A stretch of 64,000 nucleotides of DNA from positions 158,846,001 to 158,910,000 of the forward strand of contig NC_086097.1 in NCBI RefSeq assembly GCF_963921235.1, in the 5' to 3' direction. Made by a program: the position numbers and the translations under genes. Below are positions 26,080 to 38,336 of the stretch, piece after piece. Below the pieces are notes generated by a model, which was not told the DNA's origin, searched no databases, and worked only from the letters and a program-made list of their open reading frames with translations. Position 1 is the first letter of the stretch. Each line of letters opens with the position of its first letter. This stretch comes from Mobula hypostoma (lineage: Eukaryota).

Positions 26080-29000
26080 TATCAAAAACTTTAACTGGAA
26101 CAGATTGAGTGAATCAAGCTGATTAAGGCAGTCTTGAGGAGGACTTCATTGATTGCATCTGTAATAGCTCTCTTCAACAGCATGTATTGAACCTACAAGG
26201 GAACGTGCTACCTTAGATCTGGTCCTGTAATGAGGCAGATAAAATAAAGGAACTTACAGTTAGGGATCGGCTTAGAAAAAGTTATCACAGTATGATTAAA
26301 TATTTCATAGAAATAGAAGGTGCAATAATCGATCTAAAGCCTGTGCTTTATGCTTAAACAAGGGAGACTACAACAGGTTGTGGGACGAGTCAGGTGGTAT
26401 AGACTTGGGACCACATGCCATATGGTGGGACATTTAAGGAATAGTGAAAGATTTTTCAAAGAGATTTTTCACAGTGCTCATCAAAAGCATATTCCACTTA
26501 AAAGTTAGGACAGAAATTGTGTAGAGAGCCAGCCTTGAATAACTAAGGAAATACATGAAGACATCAAGCTAAAGCTCGTCCATACGAAGACAATGAGAAA
26601 CTGGAAGATAAGGAAAACTTTAAAAAGCAACATTGACCCACTGAGCAAGCAACAAAGGAAGGGACAACAGATTATTAACTAGCATAAAAAAACATAAAAG
26701 CTTCTGTAATTAACAGAAAAGGGTGTCTAAAGTGAAATTAGGTCCCTTGGAAGATAAGAAAGTAGAATTAATATTGGGTAAGGCAGAAGTGGCCAAGGCT
26801 CTGAATGAATGAATGACAGTCTTCACCGTGGAGAACATGTCTAACATCCAAAGAAAAATGTTACAAATGCAATGGGAGCTAAGGACCTCAATGCAATCAC
26901 TATCAAGAAAGAGGTAATTCTCAGTGAATTAGTGGTTCTAAAGGTGAATATATTCTCTGGTCCTTATGGACTGCACCCCAGGTATTGAAAGAAATTATAG
27001 TAGAGGCATCTGTGATAATTTATGAAAATTCTGCAGATTCTGGGCAGGTTGGTGGATTGGAAGACAGTGAATATCATGGTACTACTTTAAAAAGGATTAG
27101 GCAAAATGCAAAATACCAGTTAGTTTAATGTCTGTAGTCAGGAAAAATGCTACATTATGAAAGAGGTAGCTAGATATCTGGATGAAAAGGGTTCCTTGAG
27201 GGAGATGCAGCATGGATTTTGGAAGGGCAGGTCTTGTTTGACAAATTTACTGGAGCTCTTTGAGGGTATAATGAGCGCAGTGGACAGAGGCAAACAGGGG
27301 GGATAATGAATATCCAGATTTCCAGAAAGTGTTCATTAAGGTGCTGCACAGAAGACTTACCCATCAGATAAGGATGCATGGGGTTGGGGATAATGTATTA
27401 GCATGGATAGTGGATTGAGTAACCAATAGAAGGCCAGAGAGCTGGAATAAAAGGGTGTTTCTCTGGTTAGTAGTCAGTGCTGACGGGGGTGCTGCAGCAA
27501 TCGGTTCTGGGCCAGCAACCTTTCACAACATACAGGAGAGGACTGAGTGTGGCATATCTAAGTTTGCTAGTGACTCTGAATTGAGTTTCAAATAAATAGT
27601 GTAGTGGATGCAGAGAGATATACAGTTGATGTCAGAAGTTTACATACACCTTAGCCAAATACATTTAAACTCAGTTTTTCACAATTCCTGACATTTAATC
27701 CGAGAAAACATTCCCTGTCTTAGGTCAGTTAGGATCACTACTTTATTTTCAGAATGTGAAATGTCAGAATAATAGTAGAGAGAATGATTTATTTCAGCTT
27801 TTATTTCTTTCATCACTTTCCCAGTGGGTCAGAAGTTTACATACACTTTGTTAGTATTTGGTAGCATTGCCTTTAAATTGTTTAACTTGGGTCAAATGTT
27901 ATGGGTAGCCTTCCACAAGTTTCTCACAGTAAATTGCTGGAATTTTGTTCCATTCCTCCAGACAGAATTGGTGTAACTGAGTCAGGTTTGTAGGCCTCCT
28001 TGCTCGCACACGCTTTTTCAGTTCTTCCCACAAATTTTCTATCGGATTGAGGTTAGAAAATGATGTCAAGTCTGGTTCATCCTTGGGAGCAATTTCCAAA
28101 CGTCTGAAGGTACCACGTTCATCTGTACAAACAATAGTACATAAGTATAAACACCATGGGACCACACAGCTGTCATACCGCTCAGAAAGGAGATGCATTC
28201 TGTCTCCTAGAGATGAATATACTTCGACGCAAAAAGTGCAAATCAATCCCAGAACAACAGCAAAGGACCTTGTGAAGATGCTGGAGGAAACAGGTAGACA
28301 AGTATCTATATCGACAGTAAAACGAGTCTTATATCGACATAACCTGAAAGGCTGCTCAGCAAGGAAGAAGCCACTGCTCCAAAACCGCCATAAGAAAGCC
28401 ACACTACAGTTTGCAAGTGCACATGGGGACAAAGATCTTACTTTTCGGAGAAATGTCTTCTGGTCTGATGAAACAAAAATTGAACTGTTTGGCCATAATG
28501 ACCATTGTTATGCTTGGAGGAAAAAGGGTGAGGCTTGCAAACCGAAGAATACCATTCCAGCCGTGGCAGCATCAGGTTGTGGGGGTGCTTTGCTGCAGAG
28601 GGATGGGTGCACTTCACAAAATAGATGGCGTCATGAGGAAGGAAAATCATGTGGATATATTAAAGCAACATCTCAAGACATCAGCCAGGAAGTTAAAGCT
28701 CAGTCGCAAAAGGGTCTTCCAAATGGTCAATGACCCCAAGCATACTTCCAAAGTTGTGGCAAAATTGCTTAAGGACAACAAAGTCAAGGTATTAGAGTGG
28801 CCATCACAAAGCCCTGACCACAACCTGATAGAAAATTCGTGGGAAGAACTGAAAAAGCGTGTGCGAGCAAGGAGGCCTACAAACCTGACTCAGTTACGCC
28901 AGTTCTGTCTGGAGGAATGGAACAAAATTCCAGCAACTTACTGTGAGAAGCTTGTGGAAGGCTACCCATAACATTTGACCCAAGTTAAACAATTTAAAAG

Positions 29001-29420
29001 CAATGCTACCAAATACTAACAAAGTGTATATAAACCTCTGACCCACTGGGAAAGTGATGAATGAAATAAAAGCTGAAATAAATTATTCTCTCTACTATTA
29101 TTCTGACATTTCACATTCTTAAAATAAAGTAGTGATCCTAAGTGACCTAAGACAGGGAATGTTTTCTCGGATTAAATGTCAGGAATTGTGAAAAACTGAG
29201 TTTAAATGTATTTGGCTAAGGTGTATGTAAACTTCTGTCTTCAACTGTAGATAGATTAAGTGAGTCGGTAAGGGCCAGACAGATGAGTATAATATTCTAA
29301 ATGCAAAGTCATCAACTTTGGAAGGACAAAGAGAAGATCTTATTATTTAAATTGTGAGAGGTTCAGCATGTTGTTGTGCAGAGGGACTTGGAAGTACTGG
29401 TTCATGAATCATTAAAAGTT
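26080..29420 (+). mobile_element. Old, degraded CR1 ORF2 hosting the Tc1 insertion
   Basis: Decayed endonuclease and RT sequence (CATGGATTTTGGAAGGGCAGGTCTTGTTTGACAAATTTACTGGAG; CTAAGTTTGCTAGTGAC). It continues across the Tc1 TA site. Confidence 0.7.
27623..29247 (+). mobile_element. Tc1/mariner transposon of the Sleeping Beauty (salmonid Tc1) subfamily; rearranged, inactive
   Basis: TA at 27621-27622 and 29248-29249. Termini CAGTTGA(T/A)G..AGAAGTTTACATACACC. Frameshifted transposase from about 28067 (KSGSSLGAISKRLKVPRSSVQTIV...WSDETKIELFG...NDPKHTSK...WPSQSPD). Confidence 0.95.
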
Positions 29421-29429
29421 GACACAAGA

Positions 29430-30054
29430 GATCTGAAGATGCTGGAAATTCTGAGCAACACACAAAAAATGCTGGAGGAATTCTGCAGGTCACTCTTCAT
29501 CTATGGGGGAAAATGAATAGTCAATGTGACAGGCCAAGATCAAGCAGATAACCTTCATCTCTTTTGTCGCGATGAGGCCACACTCAGGTTGGAGGAACAA
29601 CATCCTATATTCCATCTGAGTAACCTCTAACCTGATCACATGAACTTCGATTACTTGAACTTGCAGTAATGCCCCCACCACCTTCACCATTCCCCATTCC
29701 CATTTCCCTCTCTCACCTTATCTCCTTACCTGTCCATCACCTCCCTCCTGTGCTCTTCCACACTTTTCTTTCTTCCAAGGCCTTCTGTCCTCTCCTTTTA
29801 GATTCCCCCCTTCTCCAGCCCTGTATCTCTTTCACCAATCAACTTGCCAGCTCTTTACTTCATCCTTCCCCCTCCTGGCTTCACTTATCACCTTATGTTT
29901 CCCCCTCCCTTCCCCCCAGCTTTTAAATCTACTCCTCATCTTTTTTTTTCTCCAGTCCTGCTGAAGGGTCTCGGATTGAAGCATCGACTGTTTACTCTTT
30001 TCCATAGATGCTGCCTGGCCTGCTGAGTTCCTCCAGCATTTTGTGTGTGTTGCT
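29430..30054 (+). mobile_element. Penelope-like 3' fragment with an inverted copy of its 3' end at the 5' side
   Basis: RDEATLRLEEQHP remnant at about 29568 and a decayed hammerhead at about 29953-29990. 29430-29540 is an imperfect inverted copy of the 3' terminus. Confidence 0.8.
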
Positions 30055-31254
30055 TTCTCATTAACCATTTTAAAAGTTCCTTCAAACTGGTCTAGTCTTT
30101 CTCACTCTGTAATCTGATCTGTCACCTAAACTTGGCAGCTTCAAATCTCGAGAGTAAGACATTAGCCCACAGCAATTGGCAGTAGAGAATAATGTTGTGT
30201 GGTTTGCTGCAGTCATTTTTGAAGTATATTTTATTTGTTCTGAAGTGCTTTAGCAGATACAATAGTCTGGTTATGTAATTGGAGAGGGTATTGAGGGCAC
30301 CAGGTGAATCAAATTCAACAGTTTACAGTGATGGAGAAGTAAGTGAACAAATTTGAAGAGCTGTTTTATCTCCAACACCACCGACACAATCATTCCCTGA
30401 AGTGATTTGATAGTGGACAGAATAGATTCTAATAGTGCTGTATAATATCTTATACACTGGATTTGACTTTCCCTGTTAGAAAACAATTTTTTTGTTGTTT
30501 TTTTAAATTCCTATATTCTTTGAGTCATAAAGAGTACAACATGGGAACAGGCTCTTTGGCTCAACATGCCCATACCAATTCAGAGTGCCCACCCAGTTTG
30601 TTCCAATTTCCTGCATTTCGACAATATCACTTGAAGCCTCTACCCTCCACGGACCTATCCAACTGCTTCATAAATGATATTATTTTATCTGCCTTAACCA
30701 CTTCCTCTAGGAGCTCGTTTCATATACTTACCAACCTCTGCATGAAAAAGTTACCTTTCAGGACCCTTTTAAATCTTCCCCTTCTCATCGTAAATCTAAT
30801 CCTCGTACAACCTCGCCATCCTTCCTCTAATGGGACGAATTCCATTACAAAAATTGGTGGAATAACTGCATGCTTAGCATGATGGATAGGGTGCCAGTTA
30901 AATGGGCTGCTTTCCCCTTGGTGCTTGGACAGTAATGAGTTTCTTGACTATTAGAATAGCATTCATCCAGACAGCTGGATCGTAATCCTTCACACTTCTG
31001 ATGTGTGCCTTCCAGCTGGTGGAAGAGAGTCAGGAGATAACCAAGTTGCCACTTGATATGTATGCAGGTGAGTAAGATCTCACCTGCATACACATCAAGT
31101 GGGATGTAATTTGGCTCTTCACATATGCTCCCTGCTTTTTCTTTTACCCTCCATCTAAAGAAAAGGCGATGTTCACCTTTTAGTTGGAATACAGGAAACA
31201 GTGGAACTCTCTCACAAGGCAAATCCGCATTTTCAAGATTTTGAAGGGAATAAA

Positions 31255-31580
31255 AGAACTCCACAAGTCAGGCAACATCTAAGGAGGATGTACTGTGAAG
31301 TTTTTTGGGCCGAGGTGTCCCTTCTTTTTCTTCCATGGTCCATTGTCCCCTCCTATTAGATTCCTTCTTCTTCAGCCTTTACCCCTTCCACCTGCCAGCT
31401 TGCACTCCACCTCCTACACCTAGCTCATATTCTGGCTTTTGCACCCTTCATTTCCAATCCCATTAAAAGGTCTCAGGCTGAAATGTCAACAGTTTATTCC
31501 CCTCCATAGATGCTGCCCAATCTACTGAGTTCCTCTAGCATTTTGTGTGTGTTGTGTAAATTTTCCAGCACATGCAAAAT
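31255..31580 (+). mobile_element. Penelope-like 3' end, degraded, with an inverted 5' stub
   Basis: Contains AAGGTCTCAGGCTGAAATGTCAAC...ATAGATGCTGCC...GCATTTTGTGTGTGTTG. Confidence 0.65.
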
Positions 31581-32078
31581 CACTTTTGTTTATAGTCTAT
31601 GAATGATATTTTTGGATGTAATTCTCCTATTGTGTTATATTTGCGGGAAAGCATATTCTAAATTTTTCAGGTCAATTTTTGGGAAGATAAAATATCCTCA
31701 TCAAATGCTCAAGTTCCATGCAGTAGGGTTAACTTCATTTCATTTTTGGAGAGAGAGGCAGAACACTGTGGCATTGATTTATCTGCGACGACATAATGTG
31801 CAATATGTCTGTGACATTGCACTTAATTTAAGCATTTAAAACACATGATTTTTTTTTTGCTTTAGTTCCTTTTACAATTGTTGGGAATCCATAATTGTTT
31901 GCAGACAGTGAAATGGTTTGGAAAATAAGCACTGTTGTACTTCAGCTTGTAGAGCAGCCAAGATGTGCACAGCAGGATTCCAGAAATTAAAATATGGTAA
32001 CACCCAGGGAATCAGTTCCTTTTAATAACATGGATGAGGAATAAACATTGTTCTGGAAACTAGTGATAGGATGTGACC

Positions 32079-35000
32079 TAGAAACATAGAAAACCTACAG
32101 CACAATACAGGCCCTTCGGCCCACAATCCTATGCCAAACATGTACTTACTTTAGAAATTATCTTGGGTTACCCATAGCCCTCTATTTTTCGAAGCTCCAT
32201 GCACCTATCCAGGAGTCTCTTGAAAGACCCTATTGTATCCGCCTCCACCACTGTCACCGGCAGCCCATTCCACACACTCACCACTCTCTGCGTAAAAAAC
32301 TTACCCCTGACATCTCCTCTGTACCTACTTCGAAGCACCTTAAAACTGTGCCCTCTCATGTTAGCCACTTCAACCCTGGGAAAAAGCCTCTGGCTATCCA
32401 CACGATCAATTCCTCTCATCATCTTATACACCTCTATGAGGTCATCTCTCATCCTGTGCCGCTCCAAGGAGAAAAGGCCAAGTTCACTCAACCTATTGTA
32501 ATAAGGCAGGCAACATCTTTGTAAATCTCCTCTACACACTTTCTATAGTTTTCACATCCTTCCTGTAGTGAGGTGATCAGAACTGAGCACATTACTGCAA
32601 GGGGTCTGACCAGGGTGCTATATAGCCGTTACATTACCTCTCAGCTGTTAAACTCAATCCCACAGTTGATGAAGGCCAGTGCACCAAATGCCTTTTTAAC
32701 CACAGAGTCAATGTGCGCAGCAACTTTGAGTTTCCTATGGACTCGGACCCCAAGATCCCTCTGATCCTCCACACTGCCAAGAGTCTTACCATTAATACTA
32801 TATTCTGCCATCATATTTGACCTACCAAAATGAACCACTTCACACTTATCTGGGTTGAACTCCATCTGCCACTTCTTTGCCCAGTTTTGCATCCTAACAA
32901 TGTCCCACTGTAACCTCTGACAGCCCTCCATACTATCCACAACATCCCCAACCTTTGTGTCATCAGCAAATTTACTAACCCATCCCTCCACTTCCTCATC
33001 CAAGTCATTTATAAAAATCACAAAGAGAAGGGGTCCCAGAATAGATCCCTGAGGCACACCACTGGTCACTGACCTCCATGCAGAATATGATTCATCTACA
33101 ACCACCCTTTGCCTTCTATGAGCAAGCAATTCTGGATCCATAAAGCAAGGTCCCTTTGGATCCTATGCCTCCTTACTTTCTCAATAAGCCTTGCATGGAT
33201 ACCTTATGCACTGGGGCTCCACAGGGGACTGTCTTGTCTCCCTTTCTCTTCACCATTTACACCTCGGACTTCAACTACTGCACAGAGTCTTGTCATCTTC
33301 AGAGGTTTTCAGATGACTCTGCCATAGTTGGATGCATCAGCACGGGAGATGAGGCTGAGTACAGGGCTACGGTAGGAAACTTTGTCACATGGTCTGAGCA
33401 GAATTATTTGCAGCTTAATGTGAAAAAGACTAAGGAGCTGGTGGTAGACCTGAGGAGAGCTAAGGTACCAGTGACCCTTGTTTCCATCCAGGGGGTCAGT
33501 GTGGACATAGTGGAGGATTACAAATACCTGGGGATACGAATTGACAATAAACTGGACTGGTCAAAGAACACTGAGGCTGTCTACAAGAAGGGCCAGAGCC
33601 GTCTCTATTTCCTGAGGAGACTGAGGTCCATTAACATCTGCCGGACGATGCTGAAGATGTTCTACGAGTCTGTGGTGGCCAGTGCTATCATATTTGTTGT
33701 TGTGTGCTGGGGCAGCAGGCTGAGGGTGGCAGACACCAAACAGAATCAACAAACTCATTTGTAAGGCCAGTGATGTTGTGGGGATGGAACTGGACTCTCT
33801 CACGATGGTGTCTGAAAAGAAGATGCTGTCTAAGTTGCGTGCCATCTTGGACAATGTTTCTCATCCACTACATAATGTACTGGGTGGGCACAGGAGTACA
33901 TTCAGCCAGAGACTCATTCCACCGAGATGCAGCACAGAGCGTCATAGGAAGTCATTCCTGCCTGTGGCCATCAAACTTTACAACTCCTCCCTTGGAGGGT
34001 CAGACACCCTGAGCCGATAGACTGGTCCTGGACTTATTTCATAATTTACTGGCATAATTTACATATTACTATTTAACTATTTATGGTTCTATTACTATTT
34101 ATTATTTATGGAGCAACTGTAACGAAAACCAATTTCCCCCAGGATTAATGAAGTGTGATTATGACTATGACTATTTTCAAATGCCTTGCTGAAATCCATA
34201 GACACTACATCTACTGCTCTACCTTTTGAAACTTTCATAAGCTTTTCTTTTCTTCTTGACTAGATTTACAACAGCCTTTGTACACCACGGTTCCTGTAAC
34301 CTACCATCCTTTCTCTGTCTCATTGGAATGTACCTATGCAGAATGCCATGCAGATATTCCCTGAAAATTTACCACATTTCTGCCGTACATCTCCCTGAGA
34401 ACGTCTGCTTCCAATTTATGCTTCCAAGTTCCTGCTTGATGGCTTCATATTTCACCTTACTCCAATTAAACACTTTCCTAACTTGTCTGTCCCTATCCCT
34501 CTCCAATGCTATTGTAAAGGAGACAGAATTGTGATCACTATCTCCAAAATGCTTTCCCACTGACAGGCCTGACACCTGACCAGGTTCATTTCCCAATACC
34601 AGATTGAGTACAGCCTCTTCTCTTGTAGGCTTATCTACATATTGTGTCAGGAAACCTTCCTGAACACATCTAATAAACTCCACCCCATCTAAACCCCTTG
34701 CTCTAGGGAGATGCCAATCAATATTTGGGTAATTAAAATCTCCCACCACTACAACCCAGTTAATATTACACCTTTCTAGAATCTGTCTCCCTGTCTGCTC
34801 CTTGATGTCCCTGTTATTATTGGGTGGTCTATAAAAAACACCCAGTAGAGTTATTAATCCCCTTCCTGTTTCTAACTTACACCCACAGAGACTCAGTTGA
34901 CAATCCCTCCATGTCTTCCTCCTTTTCTGCAGCCGTGACACTATCTCTCATCAACAGTGCTACGCCCCCACTTCTTTTGCCTCCCTCTCTGTCCTTTCTG

Positions 35001-36135
35001 AAACATCTAAAGTCTGGCACTTCTAAGTAACCATACCCGTCCCCAAGCCATCCAAGTCTCTGTAATGGCTCAACATCATAGCTCCAAGTACTGATCCACG
35101 TTCTAAGCTCATCCACTTTGTTCATAATACTCCTTGCATGAAAATAAACACACCTGAAATCATCGGTCTGAGTACATCCATTCTCTATCACCTACCTATC
35201 CTCCTACTCACACCGTCTCCAAGCTTTCTCTATTTGTGAGCCAACTGCCCCTTCCTCTATCTCTTCAGTTAGGTTCCTTCCCCCCAGCAATTCTAGTTTA
35301 AACTCTCCCCAATAGCCTTAGCAAACCTCCCTGCCAGAATATTGGTCCCACTTGGATTCAAGTGCAACCTGTCCTTTTTGTACAGGTCACGCCTGTCCCA
35401 AAAGAGGTCCCAGTGATCCGGAAATCTGAATCCCTGCCCCCGTGCTCCAATTCCTCAGCCACAAAGTTATCCTCCACTTCACTGTATTCCCATACTCACT
35501 GTCACGTGGCACAGGCAGTAATCTTGAGATTACTACCTTTGAGGTCCTGCTTTTCAACTTCCTTCCTAACTCCCTGTAGTCTGTTTTCAGGACCTCCTCC
35601 CTTTTCCTAGCTATGTCGTTGGTACCAATATGTATCACGACCTCTGGCTGTTCACCTTCCCACTTCAAGATATCGTGAACACGATCAGAAACATCCCGGA
35701 CCCTGGCACCTGGAAGGCAAACTACCATCCGTGTTTCTTTCCTGCGTCCACAGAATCACCTGTCTGACCCCTTAACTATAGAGTCCCCTACTACTGCTGC
35801 CTTCTTCCTTTCTTTACCCTTCTGAGCCACAGGGCCAGACTCTGTGCTAGAACCATGGCCACTGTTGCTTCCTCAAGGGAGGCCGTCTCCCCCAGTAGTA
35901 CTCAAACAGGAGTACTTATTGTTAAGGGGGACAGCCACAGGGGATACTCTCTGGTATCTGACTCTTGCCTTTCCCTGTTCTGACTGTACCCACTTATCTG
36001 TCTCCCGAGGCCCCGGTGTGACGACTTGCCTATAGCTCCTCTCTGTCACCTCCTCACTTTCCCTGACCAGACAAAAGTCATGGAGCTGCATCTCCAGTTC
36101 CCTAACCCGGTCCCTAAGGAGCTGCAGCTCGATCT
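32079..36135 (-). mobile_element. CR1 LINE spanning ORF1 to the 3' tail, with an internal deletion and a nested Rex1/Babar copy
   Basis: ORF1 esterase CLPGARVRDV...IHIGTNDI (35387-35728). Endonuclease FYRPPN, VGDFNYP and GDSDHN (34369-35191). Deletion junction near 34226. RT GVPQGSILGPLLF and FADDTKV (32641-33141). Tail TAGAAACATAGAAA. Confidence 0.92.
33208..34174 (+). mobile_element. Rex1/Babar LINE 3' portion nested in CR1
   Basis: TGAPQGTVLSPFLFTIYTSD...FSDDSAIVG...YKYLG with an ATGACT-repeat tail. The host CR1 sequence ACCTTAT|CAAATGCC is split. Confidence 0.92.
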
Positions 36136-37516
36136 CTTACCTCTCAACCTGAGAGAGCACAGGGCTGCAGTTTTCTTCACAGCAAATGACAACATCCCTG
36201 AGAATTTCGTACCTCACTACTAAACTGGGGTGTTAGTTGAATTCTTTGTCCTTATATCTCTTGTATGTGAATGCAGTCAACAATTGTTTGACTCATATAG
36301 TCTTCCATGCATTTTACAAGAAACATAGACAGATGTATTCAGGTACTTAAGTTTTTACTGCAAGATAATTAATCTTTTTAAGGATCAAACAGAAACTATA
36401 GTGAATTACTGATAGGCTCGCTAACAGATTTGCTTCCCGGACAAGCAGCTTTTGACATTTTTTATCATGTTGAAAATAATTCACTCTTTTGGGTTCCTAG
36501 TACCGAGAAGAAACAAACAGACTTTATCAAGACATTATTTTGCTTTCCCCAAAGTCTGTTCTTTGCCCTAATATATAATTACTGAACTAAAAATCCATTT
36601 TTGGTTTTCTTTTGCCCAAGACCAACCAATATGACCCCACTATTCGAAATGATATTGCCCACTACTGGTCTTAAAGTTTCAGTCATGGAGGCAGATTGCC
36701 CATTAAAGTTCAAGCTTCCTGCTAGTAGCACTTGTAATTCTAAATGCAATGGTGCAGGGCCCTGATTAACGTGCCATTTCACACATGGAAGAATTCCTTT
36801 GCTTGTATCCTTAATAGCTTCACATCCAGTGAATTACTTTTCAGATGTAATTACCATTGTTCTGGAGGCAAGTCAAGCAACTACTTGCACACATCAAATG
36901 TCAATAAAAGGGGGAAAAGACATAATGATGTTAAAAATCAGAAATAAAAGCAGTAATGGGTGGAAGTATCCAGTTACATTTCAGTTTTAATGGTTTAGCT
37001 TATAAAAACAAGCACAGTTTGCTCTTGATTTACTATGTTCAGTACTTACAGGGTGGCGATTGACCAGTTTCTGACTTTTCCAACCATTCGCAGCAACTCG
37101 TAACCCCATTGAAAGCTATACTAACCATTGTCTGACTTTTTTGTATAACAAAGGGTTTATCAGGAGCTTAATCCCTTTGTTATCCAAAAGCCACCGAAAT
37201 TCTGTTATGGGAGGGAATGCAGTGCTATTATCATATTTGCATCCATTTGAACCAGCAGACAGAAATCAGTTTAATATGGCCCAAAAAATGATAAATATGA
37301 CAACAGCACATACTCAACACTGCATTTAAGTGTCATTATAGATCATTTAATGAAATTGACTTTGCTATCAAATTAGATAATGACAGCACCAATTGTCACA
37401 TTGACAGTTATAGTGCTGTCAAATACAAGGTTTCTATGTATGTAAAATAAAAGTAGAAAGTTTGCTTCTGCCAGCAGCTGTCCTGCCTGCATCTAAATGA
37501 CAATTAGATGAGTTAC

Positions 37517-37699
37517 CAGTGGACAGAATCATGCTGGAGACAACTTGCTGTCCACACCTCCAGATTTCCAATCCTTACATGAGCTGGGTGCAGAGTTTTG
37601 ATCCTTTTGATTTTCTCTACCTGGGAGTTGTCTGGTGAGGTGTGGTTAGGTCTTGGGTAGCAAACTGCTGAAGCCCTGTATCCAGCATGGGCCAATAAC
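37517..37699 (-). CDS. Candidate host-gene exon, 183 nt (LLAHAGYRASAVCYPRPNHTSPDNSQVEKIKRIKTLHPAHVRIGNLEVWTASCLQHDSVH)
   Basis: Acceptor CTTTGCATTCTTTCAAAG and donor TG|GTAACT. Length is divisible by 3 and the frame is open from phase 2 to phase 2. Non-repeat sequence; gene not recognised. Confidence 0.35.
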
Positions 37700-37796
37700 C
37701 TTTGAAAGAATGCAAAGTTGTGGTGGAGTTTTGCTTTCTAGTCAAGGTTTGTGAGGTTTTTAATCACACATTTTTTTTAGAATATCTAATGGTTAG

Positions 37797-37994
37797 TGTT
37801 GTGTATGTGGCCTGGTTACACAACAATACTATTAATAAAAATGCTGGAGATGGGAGCTAAGGTTCATGGTTATTTACTGGCAGAAACCGAACTCAGCACA
37901 CATGTACAAATCAATATGCGCCTAATACCGCATTCAACGACGTGTTACTAAAACATAAAGTAGACCCTTATTATACTGTAAGCTCTACGGTACA
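37797..37994 (-). repeat. 3' LTR (198 bp)
   Basis: TGTTGTGTATGTGGCCTGG...ACGGTACA. About 16 substitutions versus the other LTR by manual count, and it lacks a 25-bp internal tandem duplication. Confidence 0.95.
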
Positions 37995-38007
37995 CTCCTC
38001 CCCTTTT
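37995..38007 (-). promoter_or_regulatory. Polypurine tract
   Basis: Minus strand AAAAGGGGAGGAG directly abuts the 3' LTR. Confidence 0.9.
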
Positions 38008-38172
38008 ATTTTAATAGTGTATCAACTGTTTTATTACTGGGGCACTATGCTAACAAATATGTTCACCCTTAACATACAAACACCTACCATTTGTTTACTT
38101 AGTAACTTAATACAAACGTTTATAATATCAAATTATAACAAGCCTTTTTTTTACTTTTGTTCTAAGACCTAT

Positions 38173-38228
38173 TTATAACTCAAGTCTCTGGGTGGGGGGG
38201 TCTTCTCTGCCTCTCCGGGTAATGTCTG
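38173..38228 (-). pseudogene. Residual C-terminal tail of gypsy Pol/integrase
   Basis: Reads RHYPERQRRPP..(frameshift)..QRLEL-stop, resembling the RxYPxRxRxPP tail typical of Mag-like integrases. Confidence 0.6.
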
Positions 38229-38336
38229 TCAATAAACTTGTTTGTCTTAATACAGATTTCCATATAAAAGTCATGAAAAGTTGACCTCTGAGCATAGGAA
38301 GTTAAGAAGATGTGCGCCTCCGACTTGCTAAGAGTT

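Noticed and set aside
27899..28432. 177-aa minus-strand ORF ending in a transposase C-terminus
   Set aside because: By-product of the inverted right-arm duplication fused to antisense transposase sequence.
36579..36782. Minus-strand ORF as the exon following 37517-37699
   Set aside because: The open frame requires phase 1, which is incompatible, and the donor is weak.
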